This document shows, in pieces, positions 18,459 through 27,668 of a stretch of 64,000 nt of DNA. Every line of letters starts with the position of its first letter. Within the stretch, counting starts at the first letter, position 1. The stretch covers positions 687 to 64,686 of the forward strand of contig DATMPY010000203.1 in the NCBI GenBank assembly GCA_035566955.1, given 5' to 3'. The DNA is from Solirubrobacteraceae bacterium (GTDB lineage: Bacteria; Actinomycetota; Thermoleophilia; Solirubrobacterales; Solirubrobacteraceae). The notes beneath the pieces are model-generated. The model saw only the letters and a list, made by a program, of their open reading frames with translations, was not told where the DNA came from and made no database searches. Both the position numbers and the translations under genes were made by a program.

Positions 18459-19754
18459 TCACAGGTCGTACTTGACGCTGCTTGCGAGCGCTTTGTGCCA
18501 GAAGGCCGCTGGGACGGCGCGCAGGGCGGCGTTGCGCACGGTTGCGACTGTGGGATTCGACAACGACAACATGCGCCCCCTGCGCCTCGAGGTCAGTACG
18601 ATCTTCGCGCAGCGTGGCATCCGCGCCCGCTGAAAGGACTCCAGTGCGCCGGCGAGCATCCGCTGATCGCGCAGCCCGTCTGTGAGCGCGAGCTCCTTGG
18701 CGAGCACCACCGCGTCCTCCATCGAGATCCCGGCTCCCTGTCCGATGAAGGGCGTGGTCATGTGCGCGGCGTCCCCGATCAGCACGACCCGGCCCTTGAT
18801 CCACGTCCGCTCCGGGTCGCGGTCGCAGATGTCGGCTCTGATGACGCGCGCCTCCTCGGTGGCCGTCACGAGTCGACGCGTCACCTCGGGGAAGTCGTGC
18901 AGGTAGCCGGTCAACAGCTCGTGCAGGCCACTCTCGGGACTCGTTCCCCCCTGTGGCTCGCGCTTCAACAGTCCCCAGTAGATCCGGTTGGAGCCCACCG
19001 GGAACATCACGAACTGCCTGCCCGCGCCGAGGAACGTGCGCGAGGTGTCCGGCGGCAGGGTATCCGGGCTCATCTCGACGACCGCCCGCCAACTGGTGAA
19101 GCCCGAGTAGCGGGGCGGCGTGTCGGCCGCCCCGTACACGTGCTTGCGCGCGACCGACCTACCGCCGTCGGCGCCGATCAAGAGCGCGCCCCGCTCGGTG
19201 TGGCCGTCGGCGAACGTCGCGGTGACCCCCTGCGCGTCCTGCTCGATTGCGACGCACTCCGAATCGAGCTGCAGCACACCTGGCTTGACAGCGTCGATCA
19301 GCGCCCACTGGACGTCGGCGCGTAGCAGGCTGATCGTCGGCGTCCCGTACTCGTCGGCGACCTCTCCCTGCGGGAAAGTGAACAGCAGCTCGCCGCGGAT
19401 GTTGCGGAACTCCTGCGCGCGCAGCTCCGTGCCCGCCGCCTCGATCCGGTCCCCGATTCCGAGCTTCTGCAGGGCGCGCAGCGCATTGCTCTGCACGCCC
19501 AGCCCGGCCCCCGCCTTGCCGAGCTCCGCGGCTCGCTCGAACACGCGCACCTCGATCCCGATGCGCGTCAGCGCGATCGCCGCGGTCAGCCCCGCTGGCC
19601 CGGCGCCGATGATCAGCACCCGGTTACCGACGTCGGCTCCCGCGGTCTCGCCCGCCGACTCCCGACTCCCTGGGGCGAGGGCGATCGGTCCCGGCGATGC
19701 GTCAGCTGGTGCTTGTGCGACCTCGGGATCGGTGGCGCCGGGCTCAGGCTCCAT
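18459..19754 (-). CDS. FAD-dependent aromatic monooxygenase
   Basis: GAGPAG, GADG, GDAAHMTTPFIGQGAGISMEDA. Confidence 0.92.
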   Translation of the reverse strand: MEPEPGATDPEVAQAPADASPGPIALAPGSRESAGETAGADVGNRVLIIGAGPAGLTAAIALTRIGIEVRVFERAAELGKAGAGLGVQSNALRALQKLGIGDRIEAAGTELRAQEFRNIRGELLFTFPQGEVADEYGTPTISLLRADVQWALIDAVKPGVLQLDSECVAIEQDAQGVTATFADGHTERGALLIGADGGRSVARKHVYGAADTPPRYSGFTSWRAVVEMSPDTLPPDTSRTFLGAGRQFVMFPVGSNRIYWGLLKREPQGGTSPESGLHELLTGYLHDFPEVTRRLVTATEEARVIRADICDRDPERTWIKGRVVLIGDAAHMTTPFIGQGAGISMEDAVVLAKELALTDGLRDQRMLAGALESFQRARMPRCAKIVLTSRRRGRMLSLSNPTVATVRNAALRAVPAAFWHKALASSVKYDL

Positions 19755-20208
19755 CCGCCGACTCCGCCTCCAAGCGCTCCTTGATGACCTGCATCTGCAC
19801 CTTGGTGTTCTTGTTCATGTACTCCTCGGCGTGCTCGTCGTCGGCGGGGGCCTCGGGCTTCATCGAGAAGTCCTGCACCCACCGCATCGCGGTGCCCCCG
19901 TCGGTCTCCTCGAAGTACCACTCGATGTTCATGTACTGAAACGGGCCGGTCTCGATCCGCCGCGACTTCGAGCTGTGCGTCTGTGGGTCGGCGGTCCGCT
20001 CGGAGGTCCAGCTCCACACCTGCCCGTCGTAATCGGGGTCGGGATGAGTGGTGAGCCTGAAGCGCACGGTCTCGCCGTCGCGCTCGAGCACCTCCGCGGC
20101 GGCGTACTCGCTGAACAGGCTCGGCCAGCTCTCGATGTCCATCATCCGCTCCCACACGAACTCCAGCGGGGCCTGGATGACGACGGAGTTGTCGGTATGC
20201 GCGGCCAT
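19744..20208 (-). CDS. SRPBCC aromatase/cyclase (TcmN/WhiE ORF VI-like)
   Basis: HTDNSVVI...WPSLFSEYA..EVL...FRLT.HPD...VWSW.SER...ETGPF..MNI.W...MRWVQDF.MKP.AP. Confidence 0.92.
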   Translation of the reverse strand: MAAHTDNSVVIQAPLEFVWERMMDIESWPSLFSEYAAAEVLERDGETVRFRLTTHPDPDYDGQVWSWTSERTADPQTHSSKSRRIETGPFQYMNIEWYFEETDGGTAMRWVQDFSMKPEAPADDEHAEEYMNKNTKVQMQVIKERLEAESADGA

Positions 20209-20211
20209 CGT

Positions 20212-20472
20212 CTACTCCTGCTCGGCGAGGCGTCGGTTCACGTAGTCGATCGCCTCGCCCACGCTGTGGATCTCCTCGGCGTCCTCGTCGGGAATCCTGA
20301 ATCCGTAGTCCTGCTGCATGGCGAGCTGGATCTCCATGAACGCGAGCGAGTCGAGGCCCATGTCCTCGAACGTCGCTTCGCGGTCGTCCACCACGTCGGC
20401 CTCGGGGAGGCCCACGCGATCCACGAGGATCCGCTTGAGATCATCGAATTCGAACTTCATCTGCTCGGGCAA
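20212..20472 (-). CDS. type II PKS acyl carrier protein
   Basis: Acidic 86 aa, FEDMGLDSLA phosphopantetheine site; AAGGAG before TTG 20472 (alternative ATG 20460). Confidence 0.93.
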   Translation of the reverse strand: MPEQMKFEFDDLKRILVDRVGLPEADVVDDREATFEDMGLDSLAFMEIQLAMQQDYGFRIPDEDAEEIHSVGEAIDYVNRRLAEQE

Positions 20473-22291
20473 TGCCGTCTCCTTCGCTGGTGGTTTTCAG
20501 GTCGACAGGTGTGCTGAGCGCCCGCAGTGCGGGCAGCTGCTCGAGCGCCGCTCGGCGCCCGGCGGCAAGGAACAAATCGGCGAGGTGGAAGTCTCGCCAA
20601 TGGGCCGGCCCGAAGCGCGGCGTGATCACCACGTCGGCGAGCTCGGCGTGGCGGGCGCTGGTCTCGAGCTGGCTGAGGTCCATCACCTCCAGCAGCGTGT
20701 CGAGCGTGCTGCCCCGCCGCTGGCGCTCGCGAACGGGCTCGAGCTCCGGCTGCTCCGGCCACGCCGCCAGCACCTCGGCGCCCATCAGGTTGATCGACAC
20801 GGCGAGGTCGGCTCCGTCCTCGAACACCGCGCCGGTCGGCACCGGCACGAGCGCCAAGCCATCCACCAGGCGGTGGCCGCCGCGCTCGTGGGGGGGGAAC
20901 ACGCCGGCCAGCGCCGTGGCGGCCAGCAGCGCCTCCCACAGCGGCCCCTCGCGCAGCGGCGCGGGGGCGCGATCGGTGAGATCGACGGTCATCACCACGA
21001 GCGGTATCAAGGTGTCCGCGAAGGAGCGCTCCGCGGTGCTCTCGCGCATCAGCTGGCTCATCGCTTCGAGGCCCGACGCGCCGCTCATCGAGGTTTTGAA
21101 CAGCTGCGCCACGTTGTCGGCGTTGAACGCGCCGCGCAGGGTCGCGTCGATCTCCGCGGCGTCCTTGCCCAGCGCCAGATATGCGCCCAAGATCGCGCCG
21201 ATACTGCTGCCCGACACGTAGTCCACGACGTAGCCGGCCTCCTCCAGCACCTGCAGCGCGCCCACGTGGGCGTACCCCTTCGCTCCGCCGGCGCCCAGCG
21301 CCAGGCCCAGCTTCGTGCGGGTGAGGTGGCGCGCCAGCCACGCCTCATCCGCGGGGGGCATCCCGGTGCCGTGCGGGGGGGTTGGCGCGGCGCCGTTCGC
21401 TGGGATCAGCACGCCGCCGTCAGGAGCCAGCCCGGCTCCGTCCGCTCGCAGGCAGGTGCGAACCACGCGGATCGGCGCGTCGGCCGGCCACTCGCGGCTG
21501 GCCGCCACCGCCTCCGCGCCGACCAGCACCGCTTCCACCTGTGCGCCGCTCGCGTTTGGGCCCCGCGCGAGCGCGCCCAGCCGCTCCGCTTCGCGCGCCG
21601 AGCCGGCCAGCGCCACCACGCGGTCCACTTCGTCAAGCAGCAACGCGACGGTCTTGGGGTCGAGCTCACCGGGCAGCAGCACGGTCGCGTGCTCGTCGGT
21701 CAGGTCGTCCGCCGCGGTCAACGCACCGGCGAAGGACAGCCGCCGGTCCAGCCAGATCACCGGGCGGGGGCTGACGCGCTGTGCAAGCGCCGCCACCCGC
21801 GCCGCCGTCGCGGCCAGCGCGGGGCCGCTGAGGAGCGCCACGGCCTCGCCGCGCTGGTGCTCGACGCGGCGGGCGTTGGCTATCGCCAGGCGCTCGCTCT
21901 GGATGCGGATCAGGTTGATCAGGATCACTGGAAACCGCTGCGCGAGCGCGAGGAAGCGCTCGGCGTCGAGCTCCAGGGCGGAGGCGGCGATCGCGGCCAC
22001 CACGGTGGCGGTTCGCGGCTCGCCGGTGACCGCGCCCTGGGCGCCCACCACGTCGCCCTTGCGCTGGCGGGCCACCACCTCCCCCGCCGCGGCGTCGGAG
22101 TGCCCGGCGAGAATATGGACTAGGCCTCCCGTGATCAGCCACAGCCGGTCGCTGGCCTCGCCCGCAGCGCAGATCTGCTCACCGGCGTCAAACGCCCGCG
22201 GGCGCATCTGCTCGGCGACGGCCTGCAGCTCCGCGTCGGCCAGTCCGGCGAACAGCGCGCTGGGGGGCAGCGGCGGCGCCACGTGCGACAT
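20441..22291 (-). CDS. cyclic nucleotide-binding domain + patatin-like hydrolase (NTE/RssA family)
   Basis: N-terminal cNMP fold (LFAGL...GEASDRLWLI..G...GDVVG...EPRTATVVA); patatin GAGGAKGYAH, GSSIG, VDGL. Confidence 0.88.
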   Translation of the reverse strand: MSHVAPPLPPSALFAGLADAELQAVAEQMRPRAFDAGEQICAAGEASDRLWLITGGLVHILAGHSDAAAGEVVARQRKGDVVGAQGAVTGEPRTATVVAAIAASALELDAERFLALAQRFPVILINLIRIQSERLAIANARRVEHQRGEAVALLSGPALAATAARVAALAQRVSPRPVIWLDRRLSFAGALTAADDLTDEHATVLLPGELDPKTVALLLDEVDRVVALAGSAREAERLGALARGPNASGAQVEAVLVGAEAVAASREWPADAPIRVVRTCLRADGAGLAPDGGVLIPANGAAPTPPHGTGMPPADEAWLARHLTRTKLGLALGAGGAKGYAHVGALQVLEEAGYVVDYVSGSSIGAILGAYLALGKDAAEIDATLRGAFNADNVAQLFKTSMSGASGLEAMSQLMRESTAERSFADTLIPLVVMTVDLTDRAPAPLREGPLWEALLAATALAGVFPPHERGGHRLVDGLALVPVPTGAVFEDGADLAVSINLMGAEVLAAWPEQPELEPVRERQRRGSTLDTLLEVMDLSQLETSARHAELADVVITPRFGPAHWRDFHLADLFLAAGRRAALEQLPALRALSTPVDLKTTSEGDGIARADEVRIR

Positions 22292-23875
22292 CTAGAGCCC
22301 CGCCTCGTTGGCTTGAAAGCTGCGCGCCAGCTCGCGGCGGTCCGGCTTGCCCGAGGCGAGCAGCGGCAGCTCTGACATGACGCTGACGCCGTAGGGCACC
22401 TTGTACCCCGCGATCCCCCCGCGCGCGAAGCTGACGATCTCGCGCCCAACGAGCTCGGCCTTGGGAGTCGGTACGACGAACGCGTGCAGGGTTTCGCCCA
22501 TCGCCGCATGTGGCACGCCGATCACGCTTGCCTGGCCGATGTGGGGATGGGTTAGCAGGAAGCTCTCGACCTCGGCGGGGAACACGTTGAAGCCGCCGAC
22601 GTGCACCACTTCCTTGGCCCGTCCTGCGATCGTGAGGTTCCCGCCCGCATCGATCCCCCCGAGGTCCCCGGTGCGAAACCACTCGCCGTCGAACGCCTCG
22701 TCCTGCTCGCGCGGACGGCCGTGGTAGCCCGCGGTCACGTAGGGGCCGCGTACCTCTATCTCTCCATGCGCCTCGTCTGCCTTGCCTAACCCATCCCCTT
22801 CATCCGGCGACCCATCTCTCGCTCCGGGCGCTCTATCCCCCTCACCCGAGGCCCCATCTTCCTTGCCGCGGCGGACCACCCGGAACTCATAGCCCGGGAG
22901 CGGACGGCCGACCGTGCGATACCGCACGACGGGGGCGTCCTCCGGACGGCAGCTGCTCGCCGCGCCGATCTCCGTCATGCCGTACATGTTGAGCACGCGC
23001 GCCCCACGCCGGTCGAGCTCTTCAAGCACCTTGGGGGGGCACGAGGATCCCGCGGTGAACCCGCTCCGTACCGGCAGCTCGTCCGTCGCCTTCAGCACGC
23101 GTGCGAACAGAGCCGGCGTGCCGTGCAGCACGCGCGCTTCGTGGCGGCGCACCGCCTGCACCAGCGGCTGCAGCGACGTCGTGGAGTCGACCAGCACCGC
23201 CTCCCCGCCGGCGGCCACGCAGCACAGCAGGCACGCTAGCCCGAACGCGTGCGAGCCGGGGACGACCAGCACACACGCCGCCTGGGCGACGTCGCCCAGT
23301 AGCTCGGCGAGCCGCTTCCCCTCCGCCACGCCGAGCGCGTGGGACATCAGCGCGCCCTTGGGCTCGCCGGTCGTCCCGGAGGTGTACATGATCGCCGCGA
23401 CGTCCGGGTGCAGCGGCAGCGCCGGCTCGCCCGCCGGCCAGTCTGTCTCCGTGCGGACCTCTCCGAGCTCGTCGACGACGATGCCGCTCCTCAGCGTCAC
23501 GATCTGCTTGCCCAGGGCGTTCAGCTCCTGCGCCAGCGAGAACCCTCCGTTGGAGGCAAGCGAGATGGCCGCCGAGGGCTGCGCGTCGACGAACACGCGC
23601 CGCAGCTCGAAGCTGCGTAAGCGGGCGCTCAGCGGGACGACGGCTGCACCTGCGCGCCACGCGGCGAACAGCCCGACCAGGAGAGCGGGCACGTTGGGCG
23701 CAATCACGGCGACGCGCTCGCCCGAGCGCTCGCCCAGGCACGCGGCGAGCCGATCCACAGCCGCGTGTAGCTGGCGGTAGGTGAGCGCGACGTCGGCGTA
23801 GGCCGCAGCCGGGCGCTGCGGGCTCTGCGACACAGCCGCCTCCAGTAGAGCGCCGATCTGTGGTGGCTGCGGCAT
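22292..23875 (-). CDS. class I adenylate-forming acyl-CoA/acyl-ACP ligase
   Basis: YTSGTTGEPKG, YGMTE, FRTGDLG, GRAKE, SGK. Confidence 0.92.
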   Translation of the reverse strand: MPQPPQIGALLEAAVSQSPQRPAAAYADVALTYRQLHAAVDRLAACLGERSGERVAVIAPNVPALLVGLFAAWRAGAAVVPLSARLRSFELRRVFVDAQPSAAISLASNGGFSLAQELNALGKQIVTLRSGIVVDELGEVRTETDWPAGEPALPLHPDVAAIMYTSGTTGEPKGALMSHALGVAEGKRLAELLGDVAQAACVLVVPGSHAFGLACLLCCVAAGGEAVLVDSTTSLQPLVQAVRRHEARVLHGTPALFARVLKATDELPVRSGFTAGSSCPPKVLEELDRRGARVLNMYGMTEIGAASSCRPEDAPVVRYRTVGRPLPGYEFRVVRRGKEDGASGEGDRAPGARDGSPDEGDGLGKADEAHGEIEVRGPYVTAGYHGRPREQDEAFDGEWFRTGDLGGIDAGGNLTIAGRAKEVVHVGGFNVFPAEVESFLLTHPHIGQASVIGVPHAAMGETLHAFVVPTPKAELVGREIVSFARGGIAGYKVPYGVSVMSELPLLASGKPDRRELARSFQANEAGL

Positions 23876-23903
23876 GAGCAGGGTGCGCCCGATGGTGGCG
23901 ACG

Positions 23904-25160
23904 TCAGGTCATGCGCCTGAGCACGAGGGCGCTGTTGAAGCCGCCGAAGCCGCGCGCGTTGACGAGGATCGTCGAGGGCTCCCCGCGCCGCTCGGACCCT
24001 CGCACGAAGTCCAGCTCGAAGCCGTCGGCGGGCTCTTCGAGGTTGACGATCGGGGGCAGGGTCCCGTCGCGCATGCACAGCAGCGCCGCCGCTGCGTCCA
24101 GTGAGGCGCCGCCGGCGTACATGCGCCCGACACCGCTTTTCGGGGCGAGCACGGGTACGCGCCCGGCGTGCTCGCCGAACACGGTCCTGATCGCCTGCAC
24201 CTCCAGTGCGTCGATCTCCGGAACGCCGAACGCGTCGGCTACGACCGCGTCGACCTCGCCGGGCGAGATACCGGCGTTCTTCAGCGCCACCGACATCGCC
24301 CGCGCGGACTGCTCGGCGTCCGGCGCCGGTTTGCCCCAGTGGTGGGCGTCGTTGGTGGCGCCGTAGCCGAGGATCTCGCCGTAGATCTGCGGGGCGGAGC
24401 GCTGCTGGGCGCTCTCGAGGCTCTCGACCAGGAGGATCGCCCCCCCCTCGCCGGGGACGTAGCCGTTGGCTCGCGCGTCGAATGGGCGGTAGGCCGCGGC
24501 CGGATCGGACTCGGTGCTCAGGAATCCGGTGCCCAGTTGGCAGGTGAGCGCGTACGGTCCGATCGGCGCCTCGATGCCGCCGCTCACCGCGGTCTCCACC
24601 CCACGGCGGATCGTGCGGCGGGAGTGAGCGAGCGCCTCCAGGCTCCCGGCCCCCTCCGCGAGGACCACCCCGGAGGGGCCCTTCATCCCGTGCTTGATCG
24701 AGATCTGCCCGGTCGTGGCGGCATAGAACCAGGCGATCGACTGGTAGGCGCCCACGAATACTGGGCCCTTCTCCCACAGCGCCTGGATTTCGCGCTGCCC
24801 GAACTCGTTGCCGCCCGAGGAGCTAGCGGTGATCACGCTCATCGAGTAGGGGTCGTGCCCGGCCGGGTCGAAGCCGGCGTCATCCAGTGCCGCCTGCGCG
24901 GCGACCAGGGCCATCCACGTCCACCGGTCGGTCTGCTTGATCAGCCGCTGGTCCAGGTGATCGCCGGGCTCGAAATCCCGCACTTCGCCGGCCAGCGTCA
25001 CCGGGTAGCGCGAGGGGTCAAAGCGCGCGATGCGCTCGATGCCGCTGTTGCCAGCGCGTGTCGCCGACCACCACGACTCGCGATCCTGGCCAGTAGGGGC
25101 GACTACGCCGATGCCCGTGATCACGGCGCGGCGGTCGGCAGACGGGATGGTGGGGCTCAT
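23904..25160 (-). CDS. ketosynthase chain-length factor (KS-beta)
   Basis: VITGIGVVAP, SSSGGNEFGQREIQALW..GP..V.AYQSIAWFYAATTGQISIKHG, ARGFGGFNSA; no catalytic Cys. Confidence 0.95.
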   Translation of the reverse strand: MSPTIPSADRRAVITGIGVVAPTGQDRESWWSATRAGNSGIERIARFDPSRYPVTLAGEVRDFEPGDHLDQRLIKQTDRWTWMALVAAQAALDDAGFDPAGHDPYSMSVITASSSGGNEFGQREIQALWEKGPVFVGAYQSIAWFYAATTGQISIKHGMKGPSGVVLAEGAGSLEALAHSRRTIRRGVETAVSGGIEAPIGPYALTCQLGTGFLSTESDPAAAYRPFDARANGYVPGEGGAILLVESLESAQQRSAPQIYGEILGYGATNDAHHWGKPAPDAEQSARAMSVALKNAGISPGEVDAVVADAFGVPEIDALEVQAIRTVFGEHAGRVPVLAPKSGVGRMYAGGASLDAAAALLCMRDGTLPPIVNLEEPADGFELDFVRGSERRGEPSTILVNARGFGGFNSALVLRRMT

Positions 25161-25255
25161 CGCAGGTTCACGCTCCTTCCCCGGCGGTCGCTGGGCGGGC
25201 ACGTGTGACCCGGTCGCGGCAGTCAGCGAGTGGACTGGCGGGGCTCATCGCACGC

Positions 25256-26551
25256 TCACAGCCCCACGCTGCGGCGCTCGTTGGGGACCGAGAAAATCAT
25301 CGCCGACTGAAAGCCGCCGAAGCCGCTGCCGGTCGACAGCGCCACGTCGATCTGCTTGCGCACCGCGACCTTGGGCGTGTAGTTCAGGTCGCACTCGGGG
25401 TCGGGAGTCTCCCAGTTGGCGGTGGGGGGCACCACGCCGCGGTCGATCGCCAGCGCGCAGGTCGCCATCTCGATCGCGCCGATCCCTCCCAGCGAGTGGC
25501 CGACCATCGACTTGATCGAGCTGATCGGCACCTTGTAGGCGTGCTCCCCCAGCGACTTCTTGTATGCCGCCGTCTCGTGCCTGTCGTTCTGCTTGGTGCC
25601 CGACCCGTGGGCGTTGATGTAGTCGATGTCCTGCGGTTGGGTTCCCCCCTGCGCCATCGCGTCGAGGATCGCCTCCGTCATCTCGCTCGCGTCGGGCTTC
25701 AGACCGGTCATGTGGAACGCATTGCCGCGGCTGGCGAAGCCGGTGACCTCGCAGTAGATGTGGGCGCCGCGGGCGAGCGCGCTCTGCATCTCCTCCAGGA
25801 TGAGCACCGCGCCGCCCTCGCCCATCACGAACCCGTCGCGGTCGCGGTCGAACGGGCGCGAAGCGTGCTCGGCGTCGTCGTTGCGCCGCGAGGTCGCCTT
25901 GATCGGATCGAAGCACGCCATCGAGATCGGCGAGATCCCCGACTCCGCGGCGCCCGCGATCACGATGTCGGCCTCGTCGTCCTGGATCATCTGGTGCCCG
26001 TACCCGATCGCGTCGATCCCCGATGTGCAGCCGGTCGAGACCACCACCGAGGGTCCGTGCGCCCCGAACTTCAGCGCCACCTCGCTCGCCAGGCTGCTGG
26101 GAATCAGCCCCTGGTAGAGGAACGGGGGGGCATAGTCGGGGTCTACCAGCCACTCGCGACCGTGGTTGGAGACCGCCACGTAGCCGTCCTCCAGCACCAT
26201 CGTGCCGCCGACCGCCGAGCCGAGGCTGACCCCGGTACGGTCGAGGTCGATCTTCTCGCTCTCGAGCGCGCTGTCGGTCATCGCCTCCATCGCGGCGGCC
26301 ACGGCGAACTGGATGTAGCGGTCCATGCGGCGCTTCTCGTGCTCGCTGAGGCCGGCGGCCAGCGGGTCGAAGTCGCACTCGGCCGCGATCTGGGAGCGAA
26401 AGCCGGAGGCGTCGAAGAACGTGATGCGCCGGGTCGCCGTGCGCCCAGCGGTGATCGCCTCCCAGAACGAGTCGCGCGTGCTGCCGCCGGGGGCGACCAC
26501 GCCCACCCCGGTCACCGCCGTCCTCCTCGGAGTCCCCCCGATGTCGCTCAT
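25256..26551 (-). CDS. type II PKS ketosynthase alpha
   Basis: VSTGCTSGIDA, NAHGSGTKQND, KSMVGHSLG, GSGFGGFQSA. Confidence 0.97.
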   Translation of the reverse strand: MSDIGGTPRRTAVTGVGVVAPGGSTRDSFWEAITAGRTATRRITFFDASGFRSQIAAECDFDPLAAGLSEHEKRRMDRYIQFAVAAAMEAMTDSALESEKIDLDRTGVSLGSAVGGTMVLEDGYVAVSNHGREWLVDPDYAPPFLYQGLIPSSLASEVALKFGAHGPSVVVSTGCTSGIDAIGYGHQMIQDDEADIVIAGAAESGISPISMACFDPIKATSRRNDDAEHASRPFDRDRDGFVMGEGGAVLILEEMQSALARGAHIYCEVTGFASRGNAFHMTGLKPDASEMTEAILDAMAQGGTQPQDIDYINAHGSGTKQNDRHETAAYKKSLGEHAYKVPISSIKSMVGHSLGGIGAIEMATCALAIDRGVVPPTANWETPDPECDLNYTPKVAVRKQIDVALSTGSGFGGFQSAMIFSVPNERRSVGL

Positions 26552-26558
26552 CTCTCCT

Positions 26559-26963
26559 CTACTCCGTGTCCACGTGCCCGGCGTCGGGACGCGGCGCCAG
26601 TGGGCCGAGGTGAAAGACGATGAACGCCTCCTCCTCGCCGTCGTTGACCAGGCGGTGGCGCACGTCGATCGGGATCAACAGCGCCTGGCGGGCGCCGAGC
26701 CGGTGGGACTCGCCGTCCAGCTGGGCGTCGAGTCCGCCGCTGACCACGTAGATGAACTCCTCCGAGTAGGGGTGGTAATGCTCGCTGATCCGTTCACCGG
26801 GCGCGATCGTGGCTACACCCATGAAGCCGGATGTCGAGCCCGCGGTCTTGGGGCTCAACAGGGTGCGAACGTCGCCGCCACGGCGGGTATCGGCCGGCAT
26901 GTCGTCGACCAGGCGAATCTGCGGCGCGCCGGCTGGCTCAGGTCGGGGCTGCTCTGAGGACAT
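26559..26963 (-). CDS. cupin polyketide cyclase (TcmJ/WhiE ORF II-like)
   Basis: RRGGD.R.LLSP...G.TSGFMG...[10 protein letters not shown]...RHR...PLAPRP..GHVDTE. Confidence 0.92.
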   Translation of the reverse strand: MSSEQPRPEPAGAPQIRLVDDMPADTRRGGDVRTLLSPKTAGSTSGFMGVATIAPGERISEHYHPYSEEFIYVVSGGLDAQLDGESHRLGARQALLIPIDVRHRLVNDGEEEAFIVFHLGPLAPRPDAGHVDTE

Positions 26964-27086
26964 GGTGAGCTTTCCTCGTCTCTCTTGGTTCGTGTGGAAC
27001 GAGCATGGGAATCTATCCGACAGGGGCTATGCTTGCGCTGCGCTGGTGGGCGGGAGATCAGGAGGATCGGGTTGGAAGTCGGACCG

Positions 27087-27662
27087 ATGACATCGATCGA
27101 CGTGATCGCCTCGGCGCTGGGCGACGCACAGCCCCAGCTCGGCGAGATGAGCTCTCCCGATGGCGCCCTGACGCTGCTCTTCTGTGACATCGAGGATGCC
27201 GCGGAGATCCGCGAGGAACTGGGAGCCGAGCGCTTCTCGGAGCTGTTGGGGGATCATCGCCTGATCGTCGAGCGTGTGGTTGGTCACTACGGGGGCACGG
27301 TGGCGAAGTCCCACGACGATGGCTTCATGGTCGCGTTCGACAGCGCCCACGCGGCGCTGCGTTGCGCGATTGACCTGCAGAGCTCACTTGCCAACCGCAC
27401 CGTCCCTGGAGGCGAGCGTCCGTTGCGGCTGCGCGTCGGCCTGCACACCGGATTCGTGATCACCAACGAGGAGGAGATGTACGGGCGCAACGTCGTGCTC
27501 GGCGCCCGCATCGCCGGCTGCGCGCGAGGTGGCGAGATCACGGTCTCGGCGACGCTCAAGGAATACACCGAGACCGACCCCAGCTTCTGCTTCGAGGAGC
27601 GCGGCGAGCACCGCTTCAAGGGAGTCCTCGGCGAACACGACGTGTTCGCCGTCGTCAGCTGA
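27087..27662 (+). CDS. stand-alone class III adenylate/guanylate cyclase domain protein
   Basis: TLLFCDIE, KSHDDGFMVAF, RVGLHTG, GRNVVLGARI, FKG. Confidence 0.85.
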   Translation: MTSIDVIASALGDAQPQLGEMSSPDGALTLLFCDIEDAAEIREELGAERFSELLGDHRLIVERVVGHYGGTVAKSHDDGFMVAFDSAHAALRCAIDLQSSLANRTVPGGERPLRLRVGLHTGFVITNEEEMYGRNVVLGARIAGCARGGEITVSATLKEYTETDPSFCFEERGEHRFKGVLGEHDVFAVVS

Positions 27663-27668
27663 GGGCTA

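Noticed and set aside
15867-26963. Ordinary whiE spore pigment cluster
   Set aside because: WhiE-like core genes are present, but the halogenase, ligase, patatin, exporter and extra redox enzymes go well beyond whiE.
20441-27662. CBASS/Pycsar anti-phage system (cyclase + patatin or cNMP effector)
   Set aside because: No CD-NTase; the cyclase and patatin are on opposite strands ~4.8 kb apart and the patatin is coupled to PKS genes. A defence-like origin cannot be fully excluded.
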